From the NCBI GenBank assembly GCA_024278215.1, contig JAJRTR010000204.1, positions 1 through 64,000 of the forward strand: 64,000 nucleotides of DNA, given 5' to 3'. Shown here one piece after another: positions 27,897 to 39,015 of the stretch. Made by a program: the position numbers and the translations under genes. This DNA is from a bacterium. GTDB lineage: Bacteria > UBP15 > UBA6099 > JAJRTR01. The notes below the pieces were generated by a model, which worked only from the letters and a program-made list of their open reading frames with translations, was not told where the DNA came from and did not search any database. The stretch's first letter is position 1, and each line of letters starts with the position of its first letter.

Positions 27897-29477
27897 TCAA
27901 ATCTCCACTCTGAATAATCCTGTGGTTCCAGCTACATAAAGGGCTTTTTCATGCGTCGAGTACAGGAAATAACGCGGGAACGGCAGGTAAAAAGTATCGA
28001 GCAGTTTCAACGTGTCAAGGTCGAGAACATCCACACGACCGGAAATCTGGCAGCCGACAAACAGCCGCCGCTTCACGGGGTCGACCGCCAGCGCGCGCGC
28101 TCCCAGTCCAGACCTGACAACATTCTCAACCTTCAGAGTTTTCTCGTCAATTACTGCCACTATCGACCTTAACGGTACACTTTGGAACAGGCGCCGAGTG
28201 TCCGGGTCGCGAATTGTCTCCCACACGAGATAGCCTGTAAACCTGTATCTGATCGGCAACCCGCAACACGGCTGCAGCTCTGTAATAAATGGTCCCATCA
28301 GGCAGCCGGAGACAAACATCCGGGCATGATCATTGTCGATGTCGATCCTGACGACGCCCTTGCCCGCGGGGCCGGGCGGCACCGGAGCGGCGGGCACTTC
28401 GAGCGATGTGCGGTCTATAACGAAAAGATCACCTGTGTCGTCGCAACCGGCATATATCAGATTGCGCCGTGTGTCCACAGCCACAGCGTTCAATTGCGTG
28501 CATCTCTCCGGCGGTATGTCCAGCGCGTCGATCACCTCGAACGGCGATTCCGAAATTATCTGCAATTGCTTTTCAGTGACAGAGTGAATGGCGATGTAAA
28601 ATCTGCCGGGTGCCCTGTCGTAAGCAAGCTGTCTGGGGTATCCGGGCATAGCGAGACTCTTAACACGCTTCAGGGTTTTGCGGTCGACGAGGTCTACGGA
28701 CGTGTTGGACTTGTTGAGATAAACTATATGCCTGCCGTCCGACATAAACTCGATGCCCGCGCCACCGCCTATAGCGCTGTTTGCAGATATTTTCAGGTCG
28801 CCGCGTCCATCGTTTATGTTCGGGAACCATGTGAAATACATTATTATGATTGCGCCGCCGTAAAACACGTATGCAAATTTGTTGCGCGCGATATTTCTCC
28901 ATAATGTTTTTTCGCCGAATTTGAAATTTAGAAGCGGGTATATCCTTATGGCGATAAGAAGCGTGACGAATAATACGAGCGTTGTCAGGGAAACAAGTAT
29001 ACCGGTTATGAGCAAAAGAACGACCGCGAATAATAATGTCGGCGATACGTAGGAAACGATGATATTGGCTACAACACCTTTGTTTACGATCGTCATCTTT
29101 TCACTGGCGACTATCGAAATAGAAGCGAAAACAAGCACACATGCGGAGAGCCGCAGGTCGAGACACAGAGCGACTGTGAATCCTGCGAGACAATATAAGA
29201 TGAATAAAATATCCAGCCCCGATATTGCCGTGTGCCACTGTCTGCGCGCCCATAGGCCGATGCTTGAGACGCCGCCGAGCTTCATTAATACTGACAGAAT
29301 AATAACCGCGAAAAGCAGTACAACAAATAGTATCACGCTGCCGAATATGCCGTTAAAAACAAATGCGAATATATAATCGACGAAAGGCCACGGCGCACTA
29401 AGCACCACGAGCGCAATGAAACAGAGCATCAGTACAAGCAATGTGTTTATAATGATTTTCGTTACTGCCGTTTTCAT
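27897..29477 (-). CDS. Membrane protein with C-terminal YncE-like beta-propeller
   Basis: About seven N-terminal TM helices followed by AVD...RLFV / VID..TL.V blades. Confidence 0.7.
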   Translation of the reverse strand: MKTAVTKIIINTLLVLMLCFIALVVLSAPWPFVDYIFAFVFNGIFGSVILFVVLLFAVIILSVLMKLGGVSSIGLWARRQWHTAISGLDILFILYCLAGFTVALCLDLRLSACVLVFASISIVASEKMTIVNKGVVANIIVSYVSPTLLFAVVLLLITGILVSLTTLVLFVTLLIAIRIYPLLNFKFGEKTLWRNIARNKFAYVFYGGAIIIMYFTWFPNINDGRGDLKISANSAIGGGAGIEFMSDGRHIVYLNKSNTSVDLVDRKTLKRVKSLAMPGYPRQLAYDRAPGRFYIAIHSVTEKQLQIISESPFEVIDALDIPPERCTQLNAVAVDTRRNLIYAGCDDTGDLFVIDRTSLEVPAAPVPPGPAGKGVVRIDIDNDHARMFVSGCLMGPFITELQPCCGLPIRYRFTGYLVWETIRDPDTRRLFQSVPLRSIVAVIDEKTLKVENVVRSGLGARALAVDPVKRRLFVGCQISGRVDVLDLDTLKLLDTFYLPFPRYFLYSTHEKALYVAGTTGLFRVEI

Positions 29478-29519
29478 TGCGTGTCCGTTTCTATGTAACA
29501 ATCGGTGCCCGGCTCAACA

Positions 29520-29709
29520 TAGTGTCGCGTCAAGAAGAAAAGCCGTAAGGAAGGTCACCGTAAAAACGATAAACAAGGGCGGGGTCACCGTACCCCGCCT
29601 CAACTTGTGCCTGCAAAAACCGTGTTCGCGAGAAATATGATCAGGCGGAGTACGATGCCACCGCTCTTGTCTACATATCTTGCGCATTTAGAAGTGTGAC
29701 ACAACACTA
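29520..29709 (+). mobile_element. MITE family 2 copy
   Basis: Ends TAGTGTCGCGTCA / TGACACAACACTA; the right end overlaps the TAG of the adjacent gene. Confidence 0.75.
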
Positions 29710-31125
29710 GTTCCATTTCGCGCTCAGAAAAGACAACGCGTCTTTTATCAGGCCGCCCGTCCTGAGCGAATGAAAAAACCGTTTTATAATGTATTTCGGC
29801 CTGAGATACACACGCCTGAAGGCGAGTTTATACAGTTCCTCGATCTCGTCCCAGCCGAGATTCGGATGATCGTACAGCGGCACGTCCGTCCGGTGAAAGA
29901 TGTACCTGCTCCAGTCTTTCGTCCTGACGAGCCCCCGTGAATCCAGTTGCTCGAACATTACTGTGCCGGGCAGAGGAACGGCGATATCGAACTTGCTGAT
30001 TGTCATATCGAGTTCGATGGCGAAATCAATCGTGTCCATGATCGTAGCGCGCGTGTCCTCGGGAAGCGCGACAATAAAGAAGCCGAATGTTTCGAGACCG
30101 TGTTTTTTGCATAGCGACACGGCACGCCGAATGTCGTCCTTGTTCAGGCCCTTGGAAACACTGTCGAGCACAGCGTCGTTTCCCGATTCGACGCCTAAAG
30201 CGACCTGGTAGCAGCCGGCGCGCCTGAAAAGGACGCACATTTCATCGTCGACACGGTCGGCGCGTATGCCGTTGAACAGGTTGAAAGGAATCGTCACATT
30301 GCGGTCGATCATCAGGCGGCATATCTCTTTCGCGCGCGCGAGATTTGTCGTGAAGCCGTCGTCCACGATATGAATCTCCCTGAAACCGTGCCGCCGTATC
30401 ATGTACTCTATTTCGTCGACCACGCGCTCCGCCGACTTCGCGCGGAACCGCCGACCGAATATCGTTTTGTCGCAATATATACAACCGAACGGACACCCCC
30501 TGCTCGTTTCTATATAACCGCCCGGTCGGCGGCGTTCTGTAAGGTGCGACATGTGGTATCGCCCGAGATCGAACATTTCCCACGCCGGCATCGGCAGCGA
30601 GTCGAGATCATCTATCAGCGCTCGACGCTCCGCCGACACTTCGCCGTCTGCGCCACGAGATGCAACGCCAGGCACAGCAGCCGGAGCGTCGCTATCGAGC
30701 AGATCGCAAAGTGTGAAGTCCGACTCGCCCAGCGCGACATAATCCACACAGTCTGTCGCGAGTGTTTCCTCCGGGAACCGTGTCGCGTGCACTCCTCCGC
30801 ATATAACAGTTGTCTCGGGAGAAATCGCTTTTACTGCGGCCGCGATGTCCATTGCGCCGCGCCATGTGGGTGTTATAGATGTAATACCCGCCGCATCGGG
30901 CTCAAACTCGAGAATTGTTTTCCTCAGCAACGCGCCGGTGTGTTCTCCAGCGATATCCGCGACATCGAGGTCCAGCACGCGCGGACTGTGGCCGCACGCG
31001 GCGAGTGCTCCGCCAAGGGCGGCAAGCCCGAGCGACGGGAGGACCGGCGCGCCGACTTTAACATTGGTTTCAAGGTATACCCGGCGTGTGCCAGGCGGAT
31101 TTATAAGGAGGATTCTTTTCTTCAT
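29707..31125 (-). CDS. Cobalamin-binding radical SAM protein
   Basis: GGVHAT, GESD; SRGCPFGCIYC; GVESG. Confidence 0.93.
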   Translation of the reverse strand: MKKRILLINPPGTRRVYLETNVKVGAPVLPSLGLAALGGALAACGHSPRVLDLDVADIAGEHTGALLRKTILEFEPDAAGITSITPTWRGAMDIAAAVKAISPETTVICGGVHATRFPEETLATDCVDYVALGESDFTLCDLLDSDAPAAVPGVASRGADGEVSAERRALIDDLDSLPMPAWEMFDLGRYHMSHLTERRRPGGYIETSRGCPFGCIYCDKTIFGRRFRAKSAERVVDEIEYMIRRHGFREIHIVDDGFTTNLARAKEICRLMIDRNVTIPFNLFNGIRADRVDDEMCVLFRRAGCYQVALGVESGNDAVLDSVSKGLNKDDIRRAVSLCKKHGLETFGFFIVALPEDTRATIMDTIDFAIELDMTISKFDIAVPLPGTVMFEQLDSRGLVRTKDWSRYIFHRTDVPLYDHPNLGWDEIEELYKLAFRRVYLRPKYIIKRFFHSLRTGGLIKDALSFLSAKWN

Positions 31126-31146
31126 TTTATTTGTTTCGCGAACACA

Positions 31147-33138
31147 TTACTTGCTGTTTGTCTCCGTCGGTCTGTAATCGCCCCCTGCATCGAGCACCCC
31201 GGTGATCCCTCCCTCCGACTTCAACTTATAACTGTTATAGACATTGAAATACGCGGCAGGTTGCTTTATCGCAATAAAGCCTATCGGATCATTATCGGAA
31301 TCGGCAATCGAAGTTCTGCCGCCGCTGCCGAGCACGAGCGGAGCGAACCCGTGGTATTTCAGCACAGCGCGTCCGGCGGCGGAAGCGCTCACTCGATAAC
31401 ATCGAATGCCGGACCGGTCCGCAACGACAAAGCCGTCACCTTCAATAAACGGGTTCATGTTGAAATCCGCGTACTTGTAGACCTCGAATCGTCCGATAAC
31501 ATTTTGTTTAACAAATCGTCTGCCGATGTCGCCGCCGGTATTGCCAGTACCGCCGAATGTATTCTTACAGGCATCGCTCCAGCAAACGATCCAACGAATG
31601 TAATATCTGTCGAGGGCGGCCGCAAGTTCACTTTCCGAATAGCTGCCTATATCTTTCCCGAGAAATACGCCATCGTGGAAATCGGCGTGATGATGCTTGA
31701 GAAAAAGATATGGATAGGGACCGCCGATGAACTCGCGTCCTGTGATGTCGGACAGCAGTGAGGGGAACTGGCTCTCGCTGTATTTGGGTGGCCTGCCGTC
31801 GCGGTCGTTCCAGCCGGAGTCCTCGAGCATGACGCGCCCGTTGGGTGTAGTCGCGTCGCGGAGATATTGCGCGAGTTGCCGTGTGTCGTCGTCCAGCCGC
31901 TTATCCGTCAGGCGGGTGAAGATAAGATAGGGCATCACGGAAACGGCAAGCAATACTGCAATTGCAACGGTCGCGGCGACAGTCTTCCGCGCCGCGCTGA
32001 TCCTGCCTGCCGCCATCTCACTGAGTGCGGCGACACCGGTCATAGCGGGGATTACGAGAAACCAGTCCATATACGCAATGTATCTCGTGGGATAGAACAA
32101 CGCGGTAAACCACCAGAATGAACCGAAGTATACCTCGCCCATGAATACGGCAACAACAAAGAAAAAGAATGAGGCGAGCGCTCGCTTTCCTGTCTGCCAC
32201 ATCCGGTATAAACCGAACATTCCAAACCAGAGAAGGAAGTTGCGAAGTATGGTATTCGGGACGGTAAGCACCAGTGATTCCGGGCCGGAAATCACCTTGT
32301 GCCCCATGATTTTAGAGAGAGTGAAGTAGTCCTTGAAAATGCGCAGTGGGTCATAACAAAGGCCGTGCGGCGCTTCGGCGAGTGCGACCCGGAACTTCAC
32401 GAGATCGAGAAATGGAATCAGCCAGAACGAATTCACCGCGAGTGTCAGCGCGGCTATAAGTATAAGGTGTACAAGGTATCTTATTTTCAACTTGCGCAGT
32501 TGACACAAGATGATTAAAAGGAACGGCACGCCCAGTATGACAAAAGCTGTTTTATGTGCAAGAAAACAAAGTGGAACCAGCACGTAAAGCTGCGGCAGCA
32601 CACGCCTGTCGTCGGCATCGAAGAGGCGGTAGAAAAGAGAAACGGCGTAGAACGACAGGTGAAAAACGATCAGACCTGCGGGCATCCCCAGCAGCATGAA
32701 TGTCACTGGAAGTCCGGTCCACCAATAGGCTGTAAGAACAATCATCGCAAGGTATCTTTTTGCGCCGACGACACCGAAATTCTTCAACCCGAAAAAGAAC
32801 ATGAACGGTGCCATCGCAACTGAGAACACTGTTGTCGCCAGCAGCACGATGTACTCGGGGACCGGTTGCAGCAGCACAGAAAGAAACTGGAGTATAACAT
32901 TGCTGTTCCATGTAAAATTGAGTGGATAGCCCGCCGAATAGCCCGTATCATATCCCCACATGTTATGGAACGCGGAAAAGAACTCGACCGCCCTGTGCTG
33001 CTGGTAGATCATCAGCGCGTAATCATTGTGCAGCAACGGCCCGGAAGCCGTCGCGCCAAGGTACAGGATCACCCCGAGGTGAACGGCCACAAAAAGGATT
33101 GCGAATCCCTTCAATATGTTTCCGAGTGTTTTATTCAT
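31147..33138 (-). CDS. Polytopic membrane protein (GT-C/YfhO-like)
   Basis: WGYD..YSAGYP loop, about 12 TM helices, and a C-terminal soluble domain (GRVMLED, REFIGGPYP). Confidence 0.6.
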   Translation of the reverse strand: MNKTLGNILKGFAILFVAVHLGVILYLGATASGPLLHNDYALMIYQQHRAVEFFSAFHNMWGYDTGYSAGYPLNFTWNSNVILQFLSVLLQPVPEYIVLLATTVFSVAMAPFMFFFGLKNFGVVGAKRYLAMIVLTAYWWTGLPVTFMLLGMPAGLIVFHLSFYAVSLFYRLFDADDRRVLPQLYVLVPLCFLAHKTAFVILGVPFLLIILCQLRKLKIRYLVHLILIAALTLAVNSFWLIPFLDLVKFRVALAEAPHGLCYDPLRIFKDYFTLSKIMGHKVISGPESLVLTVPNTILRNFLLWFGMFGLYRMWQTGKRALASFFFFVVAVFMGEVYFGSFWWFTALFYPTRYIAYMDWFLVIPAMTGVAALSEMAAGRISAARKTVAATVAIAVLLAVSVMPYLIFTRLTDKRLDDDTRQLAQYLRDATTPNGRVMLEDSGWNDRDGRPPKYSESQFPSLLSDITGREFIGGPYPYLFLKHHHADFHDGVFLGKDIGSYSESELAAALDRYYIRWIVCWSDACKNTFGGTGNTGGDIGRRFVKQNVIGRFEVYKYADFNMNPFIEGDGFVVADRSGIRCYRVSASAAGRAVLKYHGFAPLVLGSGGRTSIADSDNDPIGFIAIKQPAAYFNVYNSYKLKSEGGITGVLDAGGDYRPTETNSK

Positions 33139-34843
33139 TATCTCCGGACAGTTCCTGCGACATGCTTTGTATATATGTCACGCACGAGTCGTCTCCGTCG
33201 CACCCCTTTATCAGCGCGTCGATTATTCCCGCCTCTTTATCCCGGTCGTATCCGCTCAATGCGATTTGCGCAGTTCCGGTTGCGAAGTCATCAGACATAA
33301 TAAGTTTTGCAGCCTTTTCGTAGTCGAAATAACTGTTGACGAACAGATCGAAAAGAAGGGCATCCTTATAACCTGCGTCTTTCAGGCGGTATGCTCTCGC
33401 GTTCACACCGCCCGCGGATGATGCCGCGTCCACCATTCGCGCATGTGCCGCCAGCCATGCCGATATTCTTTCGAGCATCGCCTTTTTACCCGTGTCCTTT
33501 ATTCTTCCCTTCAGCAGTTCCGGTTCACAGTCACGCGGCTCCCTCATGCTGCAATTGTTGAAAACCCACACTCTTTTGCCCATCAGGAACGCTTCTTTCA
33601 GGTTGAACAATTCGTCCTTCACGGCAGCTGCTTCGTTCAACCCCCTGAAATGCGGTCCAAGATCGAGCAGAAGGGCATCGCTCTTCCCGCCGGGGACTCG
33701 CTTTACCGATTTGTTTATACCGGCGTCGTGAAGATAATGTTCAATAAGTGACGTGTCCGCATTCAATGCCGCATCCATGAAAACATAAGAATCCGATTGT
33801 TTGAATTTCGTGGAAGTTTCCGCCGCAAAAACCGATGCAACCGCATCGTTGCTCTCCCGTCGGAGCGATATTGCCGCGACCTGAAAAGTCGTCAGAGCGC
33901 CGAGAACTACCGTCGCGAAAACAAACAGCACCACACCGGCCACAATACGTCCGCCGCCACGGCCCGGCCGGAGCAGCATAACAACTCCTGAAATCAGCGC
34001 GAGTCCTATGAACATCTCAACCGCAACGGCCGTTTGTATCGAGCCGATCGCGGCTTCCGGTTCGGGCAGCAATATGCCCGGCGACAACCCCGCGCCGACG
34101 CCTGTAAAAGCCTTCAGCCATATAAGCAGTCCGGGAATAAAATAGAGAAAAACTTTCAGGAACGCTTTGAGCCCCGCCGCGGATACTTTCCCTCGCCGCC
34201 TGTATTTCAATATGAAAAGAATCGACGCCTGCGACAGATAAAGCGGCAATGCGAAACGGACCGTATAGAGCGCGAGAATTGTAAAGATGAAATACAGTTT
34301 GGAATACTTTTCCGCGCCGAAAGCGAAAACGAATAAAAAAAACAGCATCGAAAAAGCCGCGAGACACAAACCCAGCGGTGCCGGATCGGCGGAAAGTACA
34401 TAAGCCTTCGCCGCCGGTAGAAATATTATTATCAGAAGAGCCGCAGAAACGCCCCGGATAATCCAGGATGATTTCGAATAACTCTTTTCATTTTCAGCGT
34501 CGGCAGTAAACAACCCGACGATTTTCAGACACGCGAAAAACGCGGCGCTCAGAAGAAGCGGCGAAATCAATTGCAATATGTGAAGGTCCGAAGCCTTTCC
34601 GGTGAATACCAGAAAGTGCGCTGGAAGATAATAAAGAGGCATTCTGCCTTCGATTGCAGAGAGCAGGAACGTGATGGAGAAATAATTATTCGCGAAAATA
34701 AATGTCTGTGCTCCGGCTGGTGTAACCGCGTGGCTTTCGGGATAAAGAAGGAAAATCGACACGCAGAATAAAGCGGACATAACTATACAGGACCATAATC
34801 CGCCCCGTTTCCATATAGTTGTTTCAGTGCTTCGCTCGTCCAC
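33131..34843 (-). CDS. Polytopic membrane protein of unknown function
   Basis: About nine TM helices plus a C-terminal soluble region; translationally coupled to its neighbours. Confidence 0.7.
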   Translation of the reverse strand: MDERSTETTIWKRGGLWSCIVMSALFCVSIFLLYPESHAVTPAGAQTFIFANNYFSITFLLSAIEGRMPLYYLPAHFLVFTGKASDLHILQLISPLLLSAAFFACLKIVGLFTADAENEKSYSKSSWIIRGVSAALLIIIFLPAAKAYVLSADPAPLGLCLAAFSMLFFLFVFAFGAEKYSKLYFIFTILALYTVRFALPLYLSQASILFILKYRRRGKVSAAGLKAFLKVFLYFIPGLLIWLKAFTGVGAGLSPGILLPEPEAAIGSIQTAVAVEMFIGLALISGVVMLLRPGRGGGRIVAGVVLFVFATVVLGALTTFQVAAISLRRESNDAVASVFAAETSTKFKQSDSYVFMDAALNADTSLIEHYLHDAGINKSVKRVPGGKSDALLLDLGPHFRGLNEAAAVKDELFNLKEAFLMGKRVWVFNNCSMREPRDCEPELLKGRIKDTGKKAMLERISAWLAAHARMVDAASSAGGVNARAYRLKDAGYKDALLFDLFVNSYFDYEKAAKLIMSDDFATGTAQIALSGYDRDKEAGIIDALIKGCDGDDSCVTYIQSMSQELSGDNE

Positions 34844-34844
34844 T

Positions 34845-36071
34845 TTACTTTTTTCTCAGTGCATATACTCTGCCGTCGAGACTACCGATAACGACAATGC
34901 CGGCGCCGACCGCGGGTGAAGATTCGTCGATGTCCCAGCCGGTGAGAAAACGCCATTGCTCTTCACCGGTCTGTAAATCAATCGAATGGAGGAAACCGTA
35001 GTGGCACCCGACGTAAACAGTGCCGTCCACAATAGCAGGCGACGACTCGAACGGTCCGCCGCCGCCATAGACCCATCTTGTTTTGCCGTCGACGGCGGAC
35101 AGTCCGAAAAGGCGGCCCGACATCGTGCCGATAACAATCGTTTTCCCGGTGCCCGCCGCCGAAGACTGGATGCTGCCGCCAAGGTTTTTCTCCCACAACT
35201 TGTGTCCGAACCCTGCGTCCAGCGCAACGAAAATGCCTTCCTTGCCACCTGCATACACCGCGCCGTCAAGCACCAGCGGCATGCCCTCTATCCCGCCGCC
35301 GACTTCGTAGCTCCACGCGAGTTTGCCGGTTTCGACATCCACAGAATAGAGTGTGCCGCTGTTGCAGCCGAAATATACCCTGCCCGAAGCGAACGCCGGT
35401 GAAGACTCGACCGGTCCGTTCGTGGCGAATGCCCATAGTTGCTTTCCGCTCGACGCACCCACCGCCAGAAATTGTGAGTTGTCGGCCCCTATATAGATAA
35501 CGCCCGACGCCATAACAGGAGAAGACTCCGCCCATCGTATGTTGAGAAACCATTTCTGCTCGCCGTCCTCCGTGCTCAGCGCGTGAAGTCCGTCATGCGA
35601 GGCCACATAAACGACATCACCCGTCACCAGCGGCTTTGTCTCCACATCTCCGCCGACCCCCACACTCCACAGCACTTCGCCGGTTCCGGCGTCGAGTTTG
35701 TAAAGCATGTCCGCGTTGTTGCCGATATATACAGAGCCGGACGCTATCGCAGGCGTGCCGATCACAGGCGCTCCCGTATCGTATATCCATGCGACGTCGC
35801 TTTTCAGCATCTTACCGGTGGTTCGAAACGCCTCGACAAGCGCCTTCTTCCCCATTTTTCCGCGATGGATATAGAAATCCGGTTCGAGCGACACCACCGC
35901 GCCGAGCATCGACACCGCGCCGGACGTGTCACCGCCCAGCAACAGCTCATAAGCCCTGCGGTGCAATGTGCGATCTGCAAGATGCAAGCCGCCCCACAGA
36001 AGCAACACTACAGCGGGCCACACGAGTTTCCTCAATAATCTCAACGTGGTTGCCGTCCTTTCGTCCGTCAT
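34845..36071 (-). CDS. PQQ-like (BamB-type) beta-propeller protein, membrane anchored
   Basis: About eight ESSP...G.VY.G...G.LYA.D..TG...W repeats; start uncertain. Confidence 0.88.
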   Translation of the reverse strand: MTDERTATTLRLLRKLVWPAVVLLLWGGLHLADRTLHRRAYELLLGGDTSGAVSMLGAVVSLEPDFYIHRGKMGKKALVEAFRTTGKMLKSDVAWIYDTGAPVIGTPAIASGSVYIGNNADMLYKLDAGTGEVLWSVGVGGDVETKPLVTGDVVYVASHDGLHALSTEDGEQKWFLNIRWAESSPVMASGVIYIGADNSQFLAVGASSGKQLWAFATNGPVESSPAFASGRVYFGCNSGTLYSVDVETGKLAWSYEVGGGIEGMPLVLDGAVYAGGKEGIFVALDAGFGHKLWEKNLGGSIQSSAAGTGKTIVIGTMSGRLFGLSAVDGKTRWVYGGGGPFESSPAIVDGTVYVGCHYGFLHSIDLQTGEEQWRFLTGWDIDESSPAVGAGIVVIGSLDGRVYALRKK

Positions 36072-36286
36072 GCCGGCGCATATGGTAATATCCTGAACCG
36101 GCAATTCTTGAACTGCTATATGGCCTGTGATAGACTTTAATATATTATTCCAGAAGCAGCGTGGTTTTTCCATGTCCGGCTGTTTGAAATGAAGACCGTA
36201 ATAAAAAATGTGAGGCGGCAAAGCACCGAAAGAGCAAATCCGCCGGATAAATGTGGCCGACGACTATAAGGGCCGCGAGGTAGAAA

Positions 36287-39013
36287 GTGCCTGAACAGTT
36301 TCCATTTATTTACATAATTCATCTTATTATCAGGATCATTTCCGCGCTGCCCGGCGCGGCGGACACGGCATTCGACCACATCGGCACATATTTTTTCCTT
36401 GCGTTTTTTGTACCGTCCTTTGTCATCATTGTAACCCTTGTCATATATTTTATAGTCTATTTTCTCATTGTCGTATTCGTCGCGTGGCTTATGAGCGCTA
36501 CCTCGGCACTCGCGGGAATACCGGTGTATCTGAAAATCCCGGCCGGTGTTATCATTGCCGCGATCACGTTTATTGCAGTCCGATGGTTGAAGCGGCGCAG
36601 ACCGTCGGGCGATGTTGCAGTCCTGCACAAGCTCGACGCCTCGAACAGCGAAAAGTTCGGCGAAAAAGCAGCCTCGCTCGGCAGACTGGCGGCATCCGGT
36701 TTACAGGTGCCGTTCGGCTACGCGCTTTCCGGAGCTTTTTTCGCGCGCTATATGAAAAAGAACGATGTAGAAGCACCGCCCGGCAACCTTTCGGGCGATG
36801 AACTTGAAGAGGCGCTCGTCAGGAACGCGCGCAGGATCATGAACGGCAAGTTCGGAGTCGTCGACAGTGTAAGATTGCGGCTGGTGTACACGGCGCTCAC
36901 TATTCGCTGGGGACTGGACGCGGCGTTCATTGTCAGATCGTCGTTCAGCGGTGAAGATGTCGCCGGCAAACTTTCACCGGGCCAGTATAAATCCTATGGC
37001 TCGCGCAATTCTTTCCGCTCTTTCCAGCAGGCTGTCCGCGACTGCTGGCGCTCATTCTACAACATAACAGCACATGAATATCGAACACGGATGAAGATAG
37101 CGCACGAACCTTTCCTGCCGGTGGTCGCGCAGGGCCAGTTGAAGTCCGAATTGCTCGGCACAGCGGCGGCAGCGGACCCAGCCCGCGGGTTCAGAGAAAA
37201 AGTCGTCGTGGATTTCGCCGCACCGCCTGAAGAAGATTCCTACCTGGTGACGGAGCAGGGTGACGCGGAAACGATTGTCGCGGATATGGCGCTGTCGTAT
37301 CCCGAACCGCCTGCCGACGAGCGCCTTCCCTTCCTGCCGCGACTCGCCGCCGATATGCGCACTCTGTCGAACGCAATGGAAACAACGCCGGTCGTCGAAT
37401 GGGCGTGGGCGAAGGGCCGTCTGTACTATCTTCAGGCCCGGCCACTCGCGGGACTGCCGGTTGTGAAAACTTATATCGCCGCGGGCATGGTAGACGTCAC
37501 TCCCGAACCGCTCACTCCGATGACAATCTCGCTTATTGAAAAGGTACGCACACTGGACTCCTTTATCACTGGACCTGTCGGAGAATACATGAAGATTTCC
37601 GGTCATAAAGACATCCTGCAGGTGATAAACAGCCGCATTTACGCGGATTTCGACGCGCTCGAAGAACTCGCCGGAGAAATGACTATCGATCCGCGCGATT
37701 TCAAAAAACTGTTCGACTTCTGTACCCGCAAAGCGGATAAGATCAATAAATATCTTGAAACACTGGACGGGATTCTCGGGGAGTTCGACAAATTCGATAT
37801 AAAAGCAGCCGGAATTGCGCAACTGCATAACTGGATAATTGAACTCAACGAGGAGATACAGGGACGGGGAGCGGGTTTCCAGGCATCCGCCGCGCACCTC
37901 ACGCAACTTTTCTCAACTTTTTTCGAACAAACTGTGAAACGCGCCGGGGTCCCTGCGAGCCGGATACACTCGCTGCCGGTATATGAAGAAGGATGTGTCG
38001 CCGCGAAACGAATGTCCGCCCTGCACGAGCTCGAGGCGGCGGTGGCGGAGGAAGCGGGTCTGTACGACATCGACAGGATACCCGTCGAGGGAGGCCGGGC
38101 GGCGGCGCTGCTCGCGGACTATGTCCGCGAATTCGGCTATCTCGGGCCCGGCGATGAGATAGACATCGCTGTGCCGAGGATCGAAGAGGAACAAACGGAA
38201 TTCATACACAGACTCGCCGCAGGCGGCGGCACGGGACCGGCGGGCGACGCACCGACAGAATCGGGCGGCGGAAAAGTCAATGCTTTTGCCATCTGGAAAC
38301 TCCTGCGAACATCCGGCGGCCAGAATTTCATCCCATGGGACGTGCCGGTTGTCGGCTTCCTGCACAAGTGGTTCAGGACATACGCGACGATCCGAGAAGA
38401 AACGAGATACAGGCTGCTGCGGGGTTGGAGCCTGCTCAGGCTCATGTTGCTCGAACTCGCCTCGCGCGAACCGCTCGCATCCGTTCTGCCCGAACCGGGT
38501 GACATCTTTTTCCTGACCGAAAGCGAACTCGCCGACGCGATAAACGGAGATGTCGACGCTGAAACTCTTAACAGGCGCAAACAGAAATTTTCGTCGGACA
38601 AAGAAAAATATCGAAGTCCTGTCATTCATGTCGGCGAATCGGGTGAAATAATAATCGAAGAAGAGATCGACACAAAAGACATAAAAGGGCGTGTGTTCCG
38701 GGGCAGAGCCGCGAGTTCGGGAACAGCTACGGGGACAGCCAGGTGGATAAGCCATCCCGATGACGCGCAGAAAGTCAAGGAAGGCGACATCGCGGTAGTC
38801 GACGTGTGCAGCCCTTGGATGTCGGTGCTGCTTGCCAGGGCTTCGGGAGTCGCGGCTTGCAGTGGAGGCGTGGTGTCGCACCTGGCGCTGGCCGCACGCG
38901 AATACGGCAGGCCGATGGTGGTGTCGGTGTTCGAACTCGCCGACATCAGCGTCGACGGCGTCACGATGGAAATAAATGCCGAAACGGGCACTGTGAAGAT
39001 TCTGGAAGGATAG
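36287..39013 (+). CDS. PEP-utiliser family dikinase (ATP-grasp + central domain + His swivel) with N-terminal TM helices
   Basis: GEKAASL, VRSS..GED, QARP; C-terminal GGVVSHLALAAREYGRP. Confidence 0.85.
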   Translation: MPEQFPFIYIIHLIIRIISALPGAADTAFDHIGTYFFLAFFVPSFVIIVTLVIYFIVYFLIVVFVAWLMSATSALAGIPVYLKIPAGVIIAAITFIAVRWLKRRRPSGDVAVLHKLDASNSEKFGEKAASLGRLAASGLQVPFGYALSGAFFARYMKKNDVEAPPGNLSGDELEEALVRNARRIMNGKFGVVDSVRLRLVYTALTIRWGLDAAFIVRSSFSGEDVAGKLSPGQYKSYGSRNSFRSFQQAVRDCWRSFYNITAHEYRTRMKIAHEPFLPVVAQGQLKSELLGTAAAADPARGFREKVVVDFAAPPEEDSYLVTEQGDAETIVADMALSYPEPPADERLPFLPRLAADMRTLSNAMETTPVVEWAWAKGRLYYLQARPLAGLPVVKTYIAAGMVDVTPEPLTPMTISLIEKVRTLDSFITGPVGEYMKISGHKDILQVINSRIYADFDALEELAGEMTIDPRDFKKLFDFCTRKADKINKYLETLDGILGEFDKFDIKAAGIAQLHNWIIELNEEIQGRGAGFQASAAHLTQLFSTFFEQTVKRAGVPASRIHSLPVYEEGCVAAKRMSALHELEAAVAEEAGLYDIDRIPVEGGRAAALLADYVREFGYLGPGDEIDIAVPRIEEEQTEFIHRLAAGGGTGPAGDAPTESGGGKVNAFAIWKLLRTSGGQNFIPWDVPVVGFLHKWFRTYATIREETRYRLLRGWSLLRLMLLELASREPLASVLPEPGDIFFLTESELADAINGDVDAETLNRRKQKFSSDKEKYRSPVIHVGESGEIIIEEEIDTKDIKGRVFRGRAASSGTATGTARWISHPDDAQKVKEGDIAVVDVCSPWMSVLLARASGVAACSGGVVSHLALAAREYGRPMVVSVFELADISVDGVTMEINAETGTVKILEG

Positions 39014-39015
39014 TT

